The notes under the pieces are model-generated. The model did not search any database and was not told the DNA's origin. It worked only from the letters and a program-made list of their open reading frames with translations. 64,000 bases of DNA from Tubulanus polymorphus (Eukaryota > Animalia > Nemertea): the NCBI RefSeq assembly GCF_964204645.1, contig NC_134036.1:10457859-10521858 (forward strand), in the 5' to 3' direction. Shown one piece after another: positions 24,590-37,558 of the stretch (positions are counted from its first letter, which is position 1; each line of letters starts with the position of its first letter). A program made the position numbers and the translations under genes.

Positions 24590-25869
24590 ATAGGACCCAT
24601 ACCAGAGATATTTTGTTCAGACAAGGACTATTAGTTAAACACTAATCTTCATTTGCAGCAATTAACGATCTGGTGAATTAATTAGTGATTCGGTCTTACG
24701 GTGGTTCGAGATAAAATGCCCGCAAAATAAGAACCTAACGAACCAGGGCTGACCACAAATTGCCCAACAGATAAATTTTCGAAACGACACAATCCAATCA
24801 TGTTTGGTATCAAATGTGGCGTGGACCATGGTCTTTTAACTGACCAATGCATGACCAGTACTGACCATATAGTAAATTATTTTTTTGCAAACAATTAAGT
24901 TGTTTGGTGTCAAATAACTAGATATGATGTGGGCATTAATCTAAAAAATTTTTAACTGACCAATGCTTGACCAGTACAGACCAGTTACCAGTGCTAACCA
25001 GAACCCCAATAAGTAATTTATATGTTTAGTTAATCCTTCGTTAGTACTACTGGCTCTTACATTTAAATTTGTCGCTTGAAAAAGTCTTGTCCGATTTTTG
25101 TTGTAGGTAGCGAGCTAACTTTGAAATTCCGCTAAAATGCATAAGATTTTTACGTAGGGTTTTGAACGAACAACGTTTCCATTTGTAATTGTAACTTGCG
25201 CATTTGAGCCTGTAACGTGCACATATCACTCGCGTGAACGTGCGTATCGGTACCAACATGCGAGACTTGTCAAACTTTTACGATCAAGACATTTAAACTG
25301 AACAAAGAAGATATCATATCATATTATATATACATGAATAGATGGAATGATAATGTAGTAGTTTTAAATGTTTCGTAGCTGCTGTCCACTGACCACAGAT
25401 CAAAGCTAATTGGCTGATATGAAATATATTTTTGTTATAGAGATGTAGTAGATCAGTGAGAATTCAGACTTATGGTTAATTTTGAGTGATCACAACGCTA
25501 ACCAATAGAGAAAGCTGTAAGGCATAAGAAAAGATGCATTAAGTATAACATATCTTTCAATATAATGATGAAGTATTCAACTGGCCATCACAACAATAAT
25601 TTGACTTATCGAAAAATACCAGTGTTAATATAAAAATAGGAGTGTTAATGGGAAAACCTTGAATTCGAAACAATTCCACACTCAATCGTTTACTTTGAAA
25701 ACACAATTTGCATTTTGTGGACATGTATTTTTTTCTGCACCAAAAGCATGAAGTATATGATCTTTGCTCGTAAAACTTTGAAATTTTGGGGAAGATTTTT
25801 GGCCTCGTTAACCTGTGAACACGTCCTTCATATATTTTCTAAGACCGACTCTTGAAATAATGCTGAGAG

Positions 25870-27010
25870 TTTCAAGGATAATTTTGGTAGGATGTAAACT
25901 TAGGCTGCTTCGTATCCGTGGAGGGTTGCTAATTATTGATTCTATACACAATAATCATAAGTACCATGAGATTTGATAGAATATCGTTTTTCAATCATAC
26001 GTACACGAATTATCGCGATATAAAGATAAATAATATGTTCATATACTTTTTACGTCTTATACTGTATATTTCTTTAGTAGTATAAATAAAGAATGGATCA
26101 GCAGGCCACCCGAGGCCATTCCACGATCTAAGGTCAGTTGCCAAAAGTTAGTAAGTTTACCAGTGGATAGTTAACATTTATAATGACAATTACATTTTCA
26201 TTGCTAAAATAACTTTGTACTTGTTGACTCAAAAGCAGCGAATTGAAAATACGATAATACGACACGAAAACTCAGTGTACAAATTCAAAAAGATTATCTC
26301 TAGTGAGAGATCGAACGTTGTGTCGTAATTTTCTAATGATAAAACATGGTTTGAAATTTGGAATGTGTACATAGTTGAAATTTTTCAATGTATTTAGTCA
26401 CGTATCATATTGGATGATGGTTAATTTAAACTATCTTTTGAGAAATGGGTCCCAGAGCTGTATCCTTTACTCCTGTAATAGAGGATGCAATCTATTTGCG
26501 ACAAACAGCCAGTGCAAATAGTTAGAAAAGGTAACAATAGTGCATTGGCAAACTTAGAGCAAGCGTACATTGGTTGTTTAGGTTTTTCGAAGGCGAGAAT
26601 TTGTGGGAAAATTATCATTACTGAGATATATCCGTGACGAGCTTTTCCAGGGATTTAAAAAGTTGAGCTGTGCACAAGGAATTTTGTGTAGTCCAATATC
26701 CGTGATTACCTCTGGCGTGGAGAGATACAATCTAAAACCAACCCTAGAGTCAAATATTTTACCACAATTTTTTATGATCAATAAAAAGATTGAGTAGACA
26801 TTCAAACAGTATTATCTAAATTCCACTCCATTTTAAACTCATTCATCTCTACACAAACTCCAACTTGTTGAACAGTCCACATTAAAATTAGGGACCACTA
26901 TTCGTGCTCATCTACACTGGCTACCAATCTAACAAAGGATTAAATTTGAGTGTTTGATGTTATAACAATACCAGACTGAATTATGGATTCGGTTTCTACT
27001 TTTTAATTGA
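25870..27010. repeat. Diverged inverted copy of the 518-2828 repeat
   Basis: GGATCAGCAGGCCACC, TTGCTAAAATAACTTTG and TTAGGTTTTTCGAAGG are reverse complements of copy A segments. Confidence 0.75.
26905..26965 (+). pseudogene. L2 LINE ORF2 fragment
   Basis: LHWLPI*QRIKF motif. Confidence 0.6.
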
Positions 27011-29039
27011 ACATTTATATCGCATATTGGGCATCATTTTTACCAGTATATATGGAATAACCTATCCATATATCATGTTCAATTTTATATAATCTGACTT
27101 TTGAGATGTCATTCAATCAATGCATTCACATGCGGTCGTCGCTTTCAATAGCCACCACGGACTGGCTCCTTATTATTTCTTTGGCGATACCATTGGCGGA
27201 CGATCCCAAACGTTTCTTGCTCGTGACATGTTTTTCCATAACCCTAGGAGGGCATTTTAGGTATTTTTTGCGGATGACCGAAAGCTGCTGTCCCTTTCTA
27301 GTGATTTGATGATATCCGTCGAAATCTAAATTCTAAAAAGGAATCAGGCATATCTTCTTGTTTGAGTAAAAATTTATAATCACCAAGTGACACTCCCTTC
27401 AAAGGCGCCGAAGTAAAATCATGTGTCGAGTGGAGATGATATTGTGTCAGAATTTCTTCAAAATCGGAGAGAATTGAATATTTTGAAAATAATCATTTTA
27501 CATGTATGTTTAAATCCGTTATAACTGGAGCAATTTTCATGAAAAAAATATCTATGGAATCAGCGAAATGTAATTAAGAAGAATACTATGTTTCAAAAGT
27601 TATCAAAGACATTTGAAAAAAGTTTTCTGAATTCGTCAACTGTTAAACTAGTAACAACCAGATGTGTTCCCATTAAACCACCGACCGCGAGCCGAGTCGA
27701 TGTGAGATGTGCCCTACACTGAAAATCTCAAGTGCTATACAACCGGTTTTTTAGGTGCCTCTGAATGTCGGCCGTTAAAAAACTGAACAATTCCCATTTG
27801 GAAAGGGCCTACGTAGTTAGAGAAAATTCAAGATGTGTATATCGTGTGATACAGGCTCCATATTTCATGTGCGTTTGGAATTTAACCTTGTTTATAACGA
27901 AACACGCATGTATTTATGCTATTTTAGATTTAAAAAGAGCGCACGAAAGTGTTTCATGAGACCCGCAAATAACGTCAAGTTATTTCATGCATTTTTGATT
28001 CATGTGAATAAATTTCGCTTCGAAATCTTTAAATTTCTCAGGTGGATTATTCAATAAATTCACAACAGTCTATTATGGATTAGTTTGACGCCAATTGTTC
28101 TTTTAAAGATCTTTCTTTCTCGAAGAAAGATTTTCTTAAAAACTTTGATTATGGCGAATCTTTTATGTGTCCGATAGTTAAACCTTCGGGTATTATACTA
28201 GAACACAAATTTTTAAAGATATTCATAACATACTGAAGGATATCACAGTTCAAACCCGAAGATATGCAGTTGGATAGATCTTTTTGTTTCGACTCGCATG
28301 CGACAGTAAAAACGGTACTTGATATAATAAGTGAACTTCATCATTGATATTTTCACTAATCTACTAGAATTCCAAAAAAACTGACAATGAAAAAGGGTTA
28401 CAGCTGTGACTGATATCACTCCAAATTTCAATTCCTATGAACTCTTTTCATATAAAGAAAACTATTAACGAAACAGTTTTTTAGAGGCGAAGAATCCGCG
28501 TTACCATCGAATTTTCAAAACATGAAGGAATGGTTAATGCCTCGGTGACCACTGGTCTAATACACGGTTTTCTGAAATGAAAGTGGCCAAGTCTAAAGAA
28601 CAACTATTGTATCACATGATTTCAAATATTAGGAACCCAATGCGTTTAATGATTTAATTAATTGGTATCGCGCAGATTGGTTGAAAGACAGGTGTTAGTC
28701 ACCTTGTGATTTAATTGTTTTTCATGCATCGATTAATTAATCTTATTATAACTTATTTGTAGGCGCTTCCCGCAAACATTTTCTATTCGTTGAGTTTTCA
28801 AACGCAGTACTGTTCCGATGATTCGAGTCAAGTAGTAAAAAAGTTTATGTATTAGCATTACTATGCAGTGAAAATAACGCACTGCGGCAAGTGAGGTGCT
28901 GTGATCCAGATGTGTAACCCATTTATGGGTAATAAATTTCCATCATGTCAACGCCATTCAAAAACAGTAGCAAAACATACTGCTGGTTTCTAGAAATAGT
29001 AATACGACGACAAGCACTTTCGAATTCGACCACGATGTT

Positions 29040-29530
29040 TGAGAAGTTTCACTTGGGCAGTGGTGGTCAGTGATGGTCAATTTATGAATTTTAATGGCGA
29101 ATCCTTTCTAGTTTCACACCAAATGCGGTACCGGTATATCGTTCATTCAAGAAATTTCAATTGGTTGGTGGTCGTCAGTGATGGTCAATTTATGAATTTT
29201 CAATGGCGAATCCTTTCTCGTTTAACACCAAATGCGGTACCGGTATATCGTTCTTTCAAGAAGTTTCAATTGGTCAGTGGTGGTCAGTGATGGTCAATTT
29301 ATTAATTTTTAATGGCGACTGAATCCTTTCTTGTTTCACATCTAATGCGGTACCGGTAATATCGTTCTTTCAAGAAGTTTCAATTGGTCAGTGATGGTCA
29401 GTGATGGTCAATTTATGAATTTTCAATGGCGAATCCTTTCTAGTTTGACACCATAACGCGGTATATCGTTTTCATATTCGAGAAGTTTGAATTGGTCATT
29501 GGTGGTCAGTGATGGTCAGTGATGAATTTG
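29040..29530. repeat. Tandem repeat, about 110-120 bp unit, 4-5 copies
   Basis: GGTCAGTGATGGTCAATTTATGAATTTT...GCGGTACCGGT repeated. Confidence 0.9.
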
Positions 29531-31289
29531 CAATGATGATTCCTTAGTAGTTTGAACACAAACATTACATGATAAATTTCCGAAATTCGAAGTCAAGTGT
29601 TCAGACTCGGGGATATCTCAATTGGTCAGTTACTGACCATCATGGTCTATAGCTCAAATGAAACATGTGGAACCGACGAAGGGGCCCAAAAGCGTTAAGT
29701 CATTTCCTGGAGTGACGTGATCCAAAAATGCCCTAACTGGAAAAGGCAGTCTCTCAATTGGATGAAACCAAATCGGACAGGACAATTAAAATTTGGGAAG
29801 GTCACAGGTAGTGGTCTTTCTACGAAGCCCACGCGGTGAGCGTATTATTATGAAATCTTTTTTTAAACCACCATGTACCACGAAGTAATAAGCATCGTTG
29901 TAAGCACTTGAAACAGCCATTAACCACTTGAAACTGTCAGATCAAACATCATACCGCATCCCCGCAAAGAGGGGTGGTTCAGCAAACCGGAGTTTTCATT
30001 GGCCTCTCTAGACTACCCCGCCAGTACGGGTAGCCGAGCAAACCGGAAAACTCATAATGGAATTGTCGCGGGCGACAAAACCAAAATATTGAATTGTCGC
30101 GGGCGACAAAACCTAGTCGCGTTATTTTAGTTTTGTCGTTTTGTTGTAATGTCGCCCTCATTTGCATATTCGTGTTTTTTTACGCATGTCCCTTATCAGC
30201 CACCATACTTTAGGCCTACCGGTACTGAGCTTTACTGTCTCAACAAACACAGTATAATTGTTGCGTTTATTAACGCACTCATTGAATTGAACTTCAAAGC
30301 AAAATTTACGATATTTAGGAGGGTTGTTATTCAATAGGCCTACGCCAATCTGTCCGGATGTTAGGCCTACGCATATACATAGGCCTACATAGGCTAGTAG
30401 CCTCTACTAGGTTAAAGCTAAGTTAACTGTAAAGGAGGAATCAGATTTATTAAAATGCATGTTAATTAGTGATTAACTGGTTCTGACTTGCAACGATCAA
30501 TCACAATTATCGATTTTATTGCCAAAAATGAAGATTTTTTTTTTAAATTTCGTCTGAGCAGAAAGCTTTATGAGCCAGACTTTTCATTTGACTCATCGAC
30601 CTACGCTCCCTTGTGACGGGTTGCGACAGTCAGCAACGCCAGTCACAAGGAGTCGCACGTGTTCTACGTTCTGCGACGCTACACGACTGTCACAACCGAC
30701 CTACGCGCTCTTGCGACTGGGAGAAACTAATCGCACACAGTCGCTGACAATCGTATCGCAACCGACTTGCACCGAAACTTGCGATGCAACGCGAGGATCG
30801 CATCGCGTCGCAAGGCCGACCTACGTCCGGCTTTAAGTTACTGCGGAGCCCCAGACATATCCCTTTTTCGTTCAAAAGACCTTTCGCTTGAAAATTCTTT
30901 CGTCGGAACAAAATTTGTTTCGATCGAACCAATAATATTCTGTTCGATTGAACCAATTTGAAAAAAATCGTTAGAACAAAGTTGAACAATTTATTTTGTC
31001 CAAACGAAAGGTTCTTCGTTCGAACAATCATTTGACCGAACAGAATCGTATTAATTCGAACAGAATTTTCCTGTCAGAACATGTATGTTGTAAAAAGTTT
31101 TTTCTCCGAATCAAAAGTATTAAGTATTTCGTTCAATCGAACTGAATTGTTTTCATTCAAACATTCGTTCGAAAAGCGTATATTTCGATCAAACAGAACT
31201 GTTTTCATTCGAAGAAGATTTTCTTGTAGGAACATTAAGTTTTTTGGTCGAACGGCGTGATAAGGTCGTTTTGGAAATTTACTCGGTCT

Positions 31290-31535
31290 AGTATCTTTTG
31301 GATTACTGTGTATGTCATTTGTGAGGACATTAAACAGAAGACGACATATACTACCTTGCGTGACTCCACTAGACCGAATTATTCCAAGATGAAGCGTTCC
31401 GTTGATTTCGGCTACAAGTTCAGAGATAACTGCTGAGCCATTTGGGCGACCTATCATTGATACTGTTTCCTAATAGCCTGATTGGTAATGGCTGATGTTA
31501 TGCCTTATCAAGTGCTTCGTCGAAATCCACCGTTG
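31290..31535 (-). pseudogene. Decayed non-LTR reverse transcriptase fragment
   Basis: VDFDEALDKA*H and SGVTQGSI..LLFNV..ND resemble the DFxKAFD and GVPQGS motifs. Confidence 0.65.
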
Positions 31536-31589
31536 AACAGGATTCTAAGACTGTGCAGAAAACCCGTTATCGCTGCTTTGCAGCTATAT

Positions 31590-32107
31590 TTTCTGATTGT
31601 GTTCATTATTCATGTTAAATTTAGATACCGGTAACACATGATCTATTTGAAAATAATTTCCATAATTATTAATATTCATTTCATCATTGAACTGAAATAT
31701 AATCCATGATTTAAAAAATTCATCCGAACAGCCTAACAAATTAGATAGTGTGTACGTGTTTTTGTCTTTACTGAATAATTGTGTTTATCTAACACCTAGA
31801 CATTTTCTCATTTTGAAATTAAAATCTGTTTTATACCTTTCTTTTTGATATTCATTAAAATGTTCACGATTATTAGCTCGCCAACGTCTATTTTTTCATT
31901 ACATTTTTCTGGATTATTCACTTGATATTGTTTAGTATTAAGTTTGCTACAAGTTTTACAGTAACTTTGCTTACCATCTTTAGAATATATTTCTTTATAA
32001 TATTCTGAAGATTGTTTATCAAATTCACATTTTGAACATTTCTTATAGTATATATTTATAACGCCAGTGTTATTTGTAATATTGATTTTTGATTGTTCTG
32101 GCTCCAT
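31590..32107 (-). pseudogene. HNH-type endonuclease (large-DNA-virus style) with N-terminal CxxC...CxxC, copy 2
   Basis: KKCSKC...YCKTC, then shifted frame LLGCSDEFFKSWIIFQF..MNINNYG..FQIDHVLP; C-terminus cut off. Confidence 0.7.
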
Positions 32108-32127
32108 TTTAATAACATAAAAGTTGA

Positions 32128-33824
32128 TTAACATGCTAGAATTCTTATCATGATATCATTCACTTTTGTTTCTTCTCTTTTAAATTTTAAGTATTCTTCT
32201 AAATTGCAACCATACGCGACTGTGTGTATACCATCATTCAGAATATATCTTTTGTCATCGAAAGGGTTCAAACTTATTTTCTCTATCTCTTCAATAAACA
32301 TTTGGTGGTACTCAGATCTTAAACATCTCATTTTATGTTTTCTAACTTCTTCATTAAATATACAATTGATGTTATCTTTTAAATGAATATTCTTTTCAAC
32401 AACGCTTTTTGTTATACCTTTCAATTTCTTTGATTCATGAGTTTTGGTTTTATATGAATACATTTTAGATCTAATGCCTATGAATTCAATCATTTCTTCA
32501 CCTCCTAATTCATCCTTAACTTTTTTATTATCATTGCTAAACAATTCACGAGTTTTAGGATAGTTACTTAAGTCGAAATGATGTTTTAATGTTTTTAAAT
32601 CATTTGTTATGTTATTAGTTTTTATCTTTAATATGTAACTGTCAGTATCAAAATAAAAGATTTCTATATGCTTTTCTCCAAAAGGTAACGTTATAATAGA
32701 ATTCATACATTAATAATTTTGATATTTCTAAAACTGATGCTCAAACATAAATTAGTTTATTAAATTTCATAGAAGTTCTTTTCATTTTAACTGTAGCTAA
32801 ATTTTCAACAAATATTCTGTTACCAATAAATTTAGGATATGTTTGTAAATGCCTAATTCCTTTACCATTACTAACTAACTCAATATCATTTCTATTTCTA
32901 ATATTCTCACAAGTCTTACCATAGAATACATTATTCATTAACTTGAAAAAATCTTTCTCAAAATCAGTTTTAGCTTTAGTTCTCTGTTTGGTATTAAAAT
33001 CTATATATTTTTCTAACCATTTAGATTGACTGAATGAAATGCCTAATTCCGTTACCATTACTAACTAACTCAATATCATTTCTATTTCTAATATTCTCAC
33101 AAGTCTTACCATAGAATACATTATTCATTAACTTGAAAAAATCTTTCTCAAAATCAGTTTTAGCTTTAGTTCTCTGTTTGGTATTAAAATCTATATATTT
33201 TTCTAACCATTTAGATTGACTGAATGAAATGCCTAATTCCGTTACCATTACTAACTAACTCAATATCATTTCTATTTCTAATATTCTCACAAGTCTTACC
33301 ATAGAATACATTATTCATTAACTTGAAAAAATCTTTCTCAAAATCAGTTTTAGCTTTAGTTCTCTGTTTGGTATTAAAATCTATATATTTTTCTAACCAT
33401 TTAGATTGACTGAATGAAATATATTATAGTACATTCTTTAGAATCATTCCTTGATTCAAATAGAATTTATCATCCGATAATGTACTACATAATTATATTT
33501 ATCTTCTTGAGTTACGATTGACTTTTCTGTATGAATATGATTTACGGGTGTAATTCTTTTTTGATAATTTGATAATTCTTCATGTGTTACAGTTTTATGT
33601 CCAGGACAGTATGCTAGATTTCTAGATTTAAATTTAATGTTTTCAGGATATTCTAAGTCTACAACAAAAAAGTAACCAGTATCTGAATCATCTGCAATAT
33701 CTAGAATTATTTTCTTCCGATCAAATTAATCATTATTTTCATGTTGTAAAACTTCAGTTATTTCAAATACTCCATAAGGTTGTGGTTCCATCATTGCCCA
33801 ACCATATAGATTTTTTGCATCTAT
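32128..33824 (-). pseudogene. pPolB C-terminal half, copy 2
   Basis: KLMNNVFYGK (motif B), YFDTDS (motif C), KMY/KGI; broken at motif A. Confidence 0.95.
32850..33420. repeat. Near-perfect 190-bp triplication spanning pPolB motif B
   Basis: Identical ORF starts at 33058 and 33248. Confidence 0.9.
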
Positions 33825-34923
33825 CACGTACGTACAGACAATACGAATCTTGCCAACTTTAATTATTGATCGTATTACTCGATATCGCGCACTGAGCTTC
33901 GCGCCATTTTGTGCTAATGCTGTGAGATAAAGACTTGGAGTGACTCAGGAGTGCTCCGAATACATCGTCAGTAAATGTGGGATTCGAACCTAATATGATT
34001 AGATTTTTAGTAAACATCCGCCACTAGTTCGTAGAATTTTTGGAATTTCTATTAACATTCTCGTTTTTTGTCAATCCTGAATTTCGTAACCCGGAAATAA
34101 AATTTTCGACATTTTCCGCTACAAATGTGCGATTTCTATCCATACAATGGGCCTAACTTAAAAAAAACAAAATGTGACGAACTAGATATTAGTATGTAGT
34201 TTATATAACTATGTAATTTTATGGGTCTCTGTCATTGTATAATGTCAAAAAGTGACACTCGTCTGTAAATTTGCACAATTATTAAAAATTTTTTTGGCGC
34301 CCATAATAATCGTTTTACGTTTCGTCTTTTTACATTGCACATAGTCACTAAACTGCTTATTTCTACTGTTAAGTTTTTTAAACAGTTGATTGAGATCAAT
34401 TAGATTTCATTCTATTCAAGTGAAATTGTGTCCTTGTTAAAAAAGAAGTGAAAATTAAGATGGTATTCAAAATCAAGCAAAATTAAATTTTATTCGACAG
34501 AGTTATGTTTAACGCAGGAGCTTTTATGTGTTAATAGTGATATGTCTTCAACTTCAAAACAACCCATTCTCATAGACAGCAAAAATGACACTTATATAGG
34601 CCTAAACTAGAAATTGTTGCAGTCTAGGTGGGCGAGTGATAGGCCTCTATCGTCTACTATAGTTTCTCGAGCCTTGGCGCTTATCAAGTCTGTCTATTTC
34701 ATATAGTATAAGCCTTTTACGGCTTTTCGACCTTGTAAAATTACCGAATCAAATACATGTAGTTTGATTAATGTATAGGCCTAGGTCCTTTGCATTTGAG
34801 GTCTCTCGGGCCTCCAAATGGTAATAACTATTGGTACATTTTTTGTAATTGTAGATGTATTTGTCATAGTCGGAATAGATTTGTCATTCAACATAGTCGG
34901 GTTCGTCATAAAGGATTGAGCAG

Positions 34924-36056
34924 AGTCGTAATCGATGAAGGGATTCAGTAATCGTTGAACACAGGGGTAAGTTTCGGAGTCGTTATCGTTTAACGGAGTC
35001 GCAATCGTTAAACGGAGTCGTAGTCGCTGAACGGAAGCGTAATCATTGAACGGAGTCGTAGTCGCTGAACGGAGTCGTAATCGTTGAACGGTGTCGTAGT
35101 CGCTGAATGGAAGCGTAATCGTTGAACGGTGTCGTAGTCGCTGAACGGAGTCGTAATCATTGAACGCAGTCGTAGTCGCTGAACGGAAGCGTAATCGTTG
35201 AACGGTGTCGTAGTCGCTGAATGGAGTCGTAGTCGCTGAATGGAGTCGTAATCGTTTAACGGAGTCGCAATCGTTAAATGGAGTCGTAGTCGCTGAATGG
35301 AAGCGTAATCGTTGAACGGAGTCGTAGTCGCTGAATGGAGTCGTAATCGTTTAACGGAGTCGCAATCGTTAAACGGAGTCGTAATTGTTAAACGAGTCGT
35401 AATCGTTAAACGAGTCGTAGTTGCTGAACGGAGTCGTAATCGTTAAACGAGTCGTAGTCGCTGAACGGAGTCGTAATCGTTGAACGGAGTCGTAATCGTT
35501 AAAAGAGTCGTAGTCGCTGAACGGAGTCGTAATCGTTAAACGAGTCGTAGTCGCTGAACGGAGTCGTAATCGTTGAACGGAGTCGTAATCGTTAAAAGAG
35601 TCGTAGTCGCTGAACGGAGTCGTAATCGTTAAACGAGTCGTAGTCGCTGAACGGAGTCGTAATCGTTAAACAAGTCGTAATCGTTGAACGGAGTCGTAAT
35701 CGTTAAACGAGTCGTAGTCGCTCAACGGAGTCGTAATCGTTTAACGTAGCCGCTGAACGGAGTCATAGTCGCTGAACGGAGTCGTAATCGTTGAACGGAG
35801 TCGTAGTCGCTGAACGGAGTCGTAGTCGCTGAACGGAGTCGTAATCGCTGAACGGAGTCGTAATCGTTGAACGCAGTCGTAATCGTTGAACGGAGTCGTA
35901 GTCGCTGAACGGAGTCATAATCGTTGAACGGAGTCGTAGTCGCTGAACGGAGTCGTAATCGTTGAATGGAGTCGTAATCGTTTAACGAAGTTGTAATCGT
36001 CAAACCTAGTCGTAATCATTGAAGGGATTCAGTAATTGTTGAACACAGGGGTAAGT
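34924..36056. repeat. 19-bp minisatellite (GAACGGAGTCGTA[A/G]TCG[T/C]T), about 55 units, bracketed by 49-bp direct repeats
   Basis: Array visible directly; both flanks end in GAACACAGGGGTAAGT. Confidence 0.95.
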
Positions 36057-37558
36057 CAATGGATTTAAAGAAATTTTTAGGCCTATAGTTAGAACATACA
36101 TTGATATATTGTTTAATTGATTTTTGTAGGTCAGAAAGCAGTAGACCGCGAGCCCTGGGGCAGGGTAGCTGGGAAGGTTACCAGCATGTTGGGTTCTGCA
36201 AGAAAGATCTACTATGGTACAGCGAGGAAAATAATATCATTTAAAGAAAAAATGGCTAAGCTTCATAGTAAGTGATTCTGCAGCATTTTGTATTAGATGT
36301 TTATTATTTATTTCTATTGTTCATTACATTATGACTCTACCCTGATTATTATTTTGGAAAGTTGCTCTGATAATTAAAAATGACTTATGGCAAAGATTGG
36401 CAATGATTTCTTAATTCCGCAATTGGTGGTAACCTTGTAAAATAATGCCAAAAAATCAAGTCAATTGTATTTGAAAGATTGTAAATTCAATGGAACTGTT
36501 GTTCTAACAAACTCCGGTGTATAATAGTTTGTGAAAAATATAATTCGCAATAATAGGAATACTGCTCGTTATAGCAGACAGTCAATTTACCGATCAATTT
36601 TGTTAATTGCTGTGAAGTTTATTTTGACAATGTCCATTGAATGTTTGTTAAAGACTAGTTGATAAAAATTCAAGTTGATCAATTCTCTAATTTTACATAT
36701 GTTGACTGTTTTTTTCTTTTATACATCCATCATTTTCAATTCATATTGTTGTTTCAATAAAAACCTTTCAAAAATTATATATGACTGTGTTTGTCTTTCT
36801 TAGCCATCTAATTCAAGAAAGGTTACTTGGGGTTCTTGGATCAAATTTATAGCAGGATGGTAATTTTATTCATAAAGAATGTATCTGGATCGAAATATTC
36901 CTCTAACATATCGTATATTATGGGTACCCTGTGTATAAATTATTTACAATAAGTGAAAGGAAATGAGTCTCAGGATAAAGTTTTTGTAAAAGAAGTGTGG
37001 TTCTGACAGCTGTATTATAAAGGTGAGTTTCTTGACTATTTCAAAGTTCATTTTCAAACTAACTTGAGTCTGTCCTTGGGTGAAATTGAAGTTTGCTACA
37101 GGACAATTGTTAGTCAAAATAGTGTTCCAAAAGTGGTAGCATTTGACATGGTGAAATATCGAATTATCACTAACAATTTCTATCTGATGACAAACTGGTT
37201 AATTTTTCTTTTGCCTAATTAATCATTTAATTTCCTCTGCATGCAACATACCAACAAATTTAAAACTATTCCATTTTCAGCAAGTGGTAGACATAGAATT
37301 TATTGAAATCATTGTTTCACAATAGACAAATTGCGTCAAACTAAATACATGTATTACCTTATATATAATTAATTAAAAGCAAAAAATGCTGATACCTTTA
37401 TGTTTTAAATTGTAATATAACAAAATGTTAGTTGCATTAACAGTTTTTAAAGTACGCTCGTGCAAGCTGCACCATATAAATTTTATTTACAATAATTACT
37501 GGGTTGTACCTTAAGTTTTTATCTAATGAGTTGAATGTTCTTTCAATCAATCTAACAG

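Noticed and set aside
35722-36003. 93-aa repetitive ORF
   Set aside because: Translation of the 19-bp minisatellite
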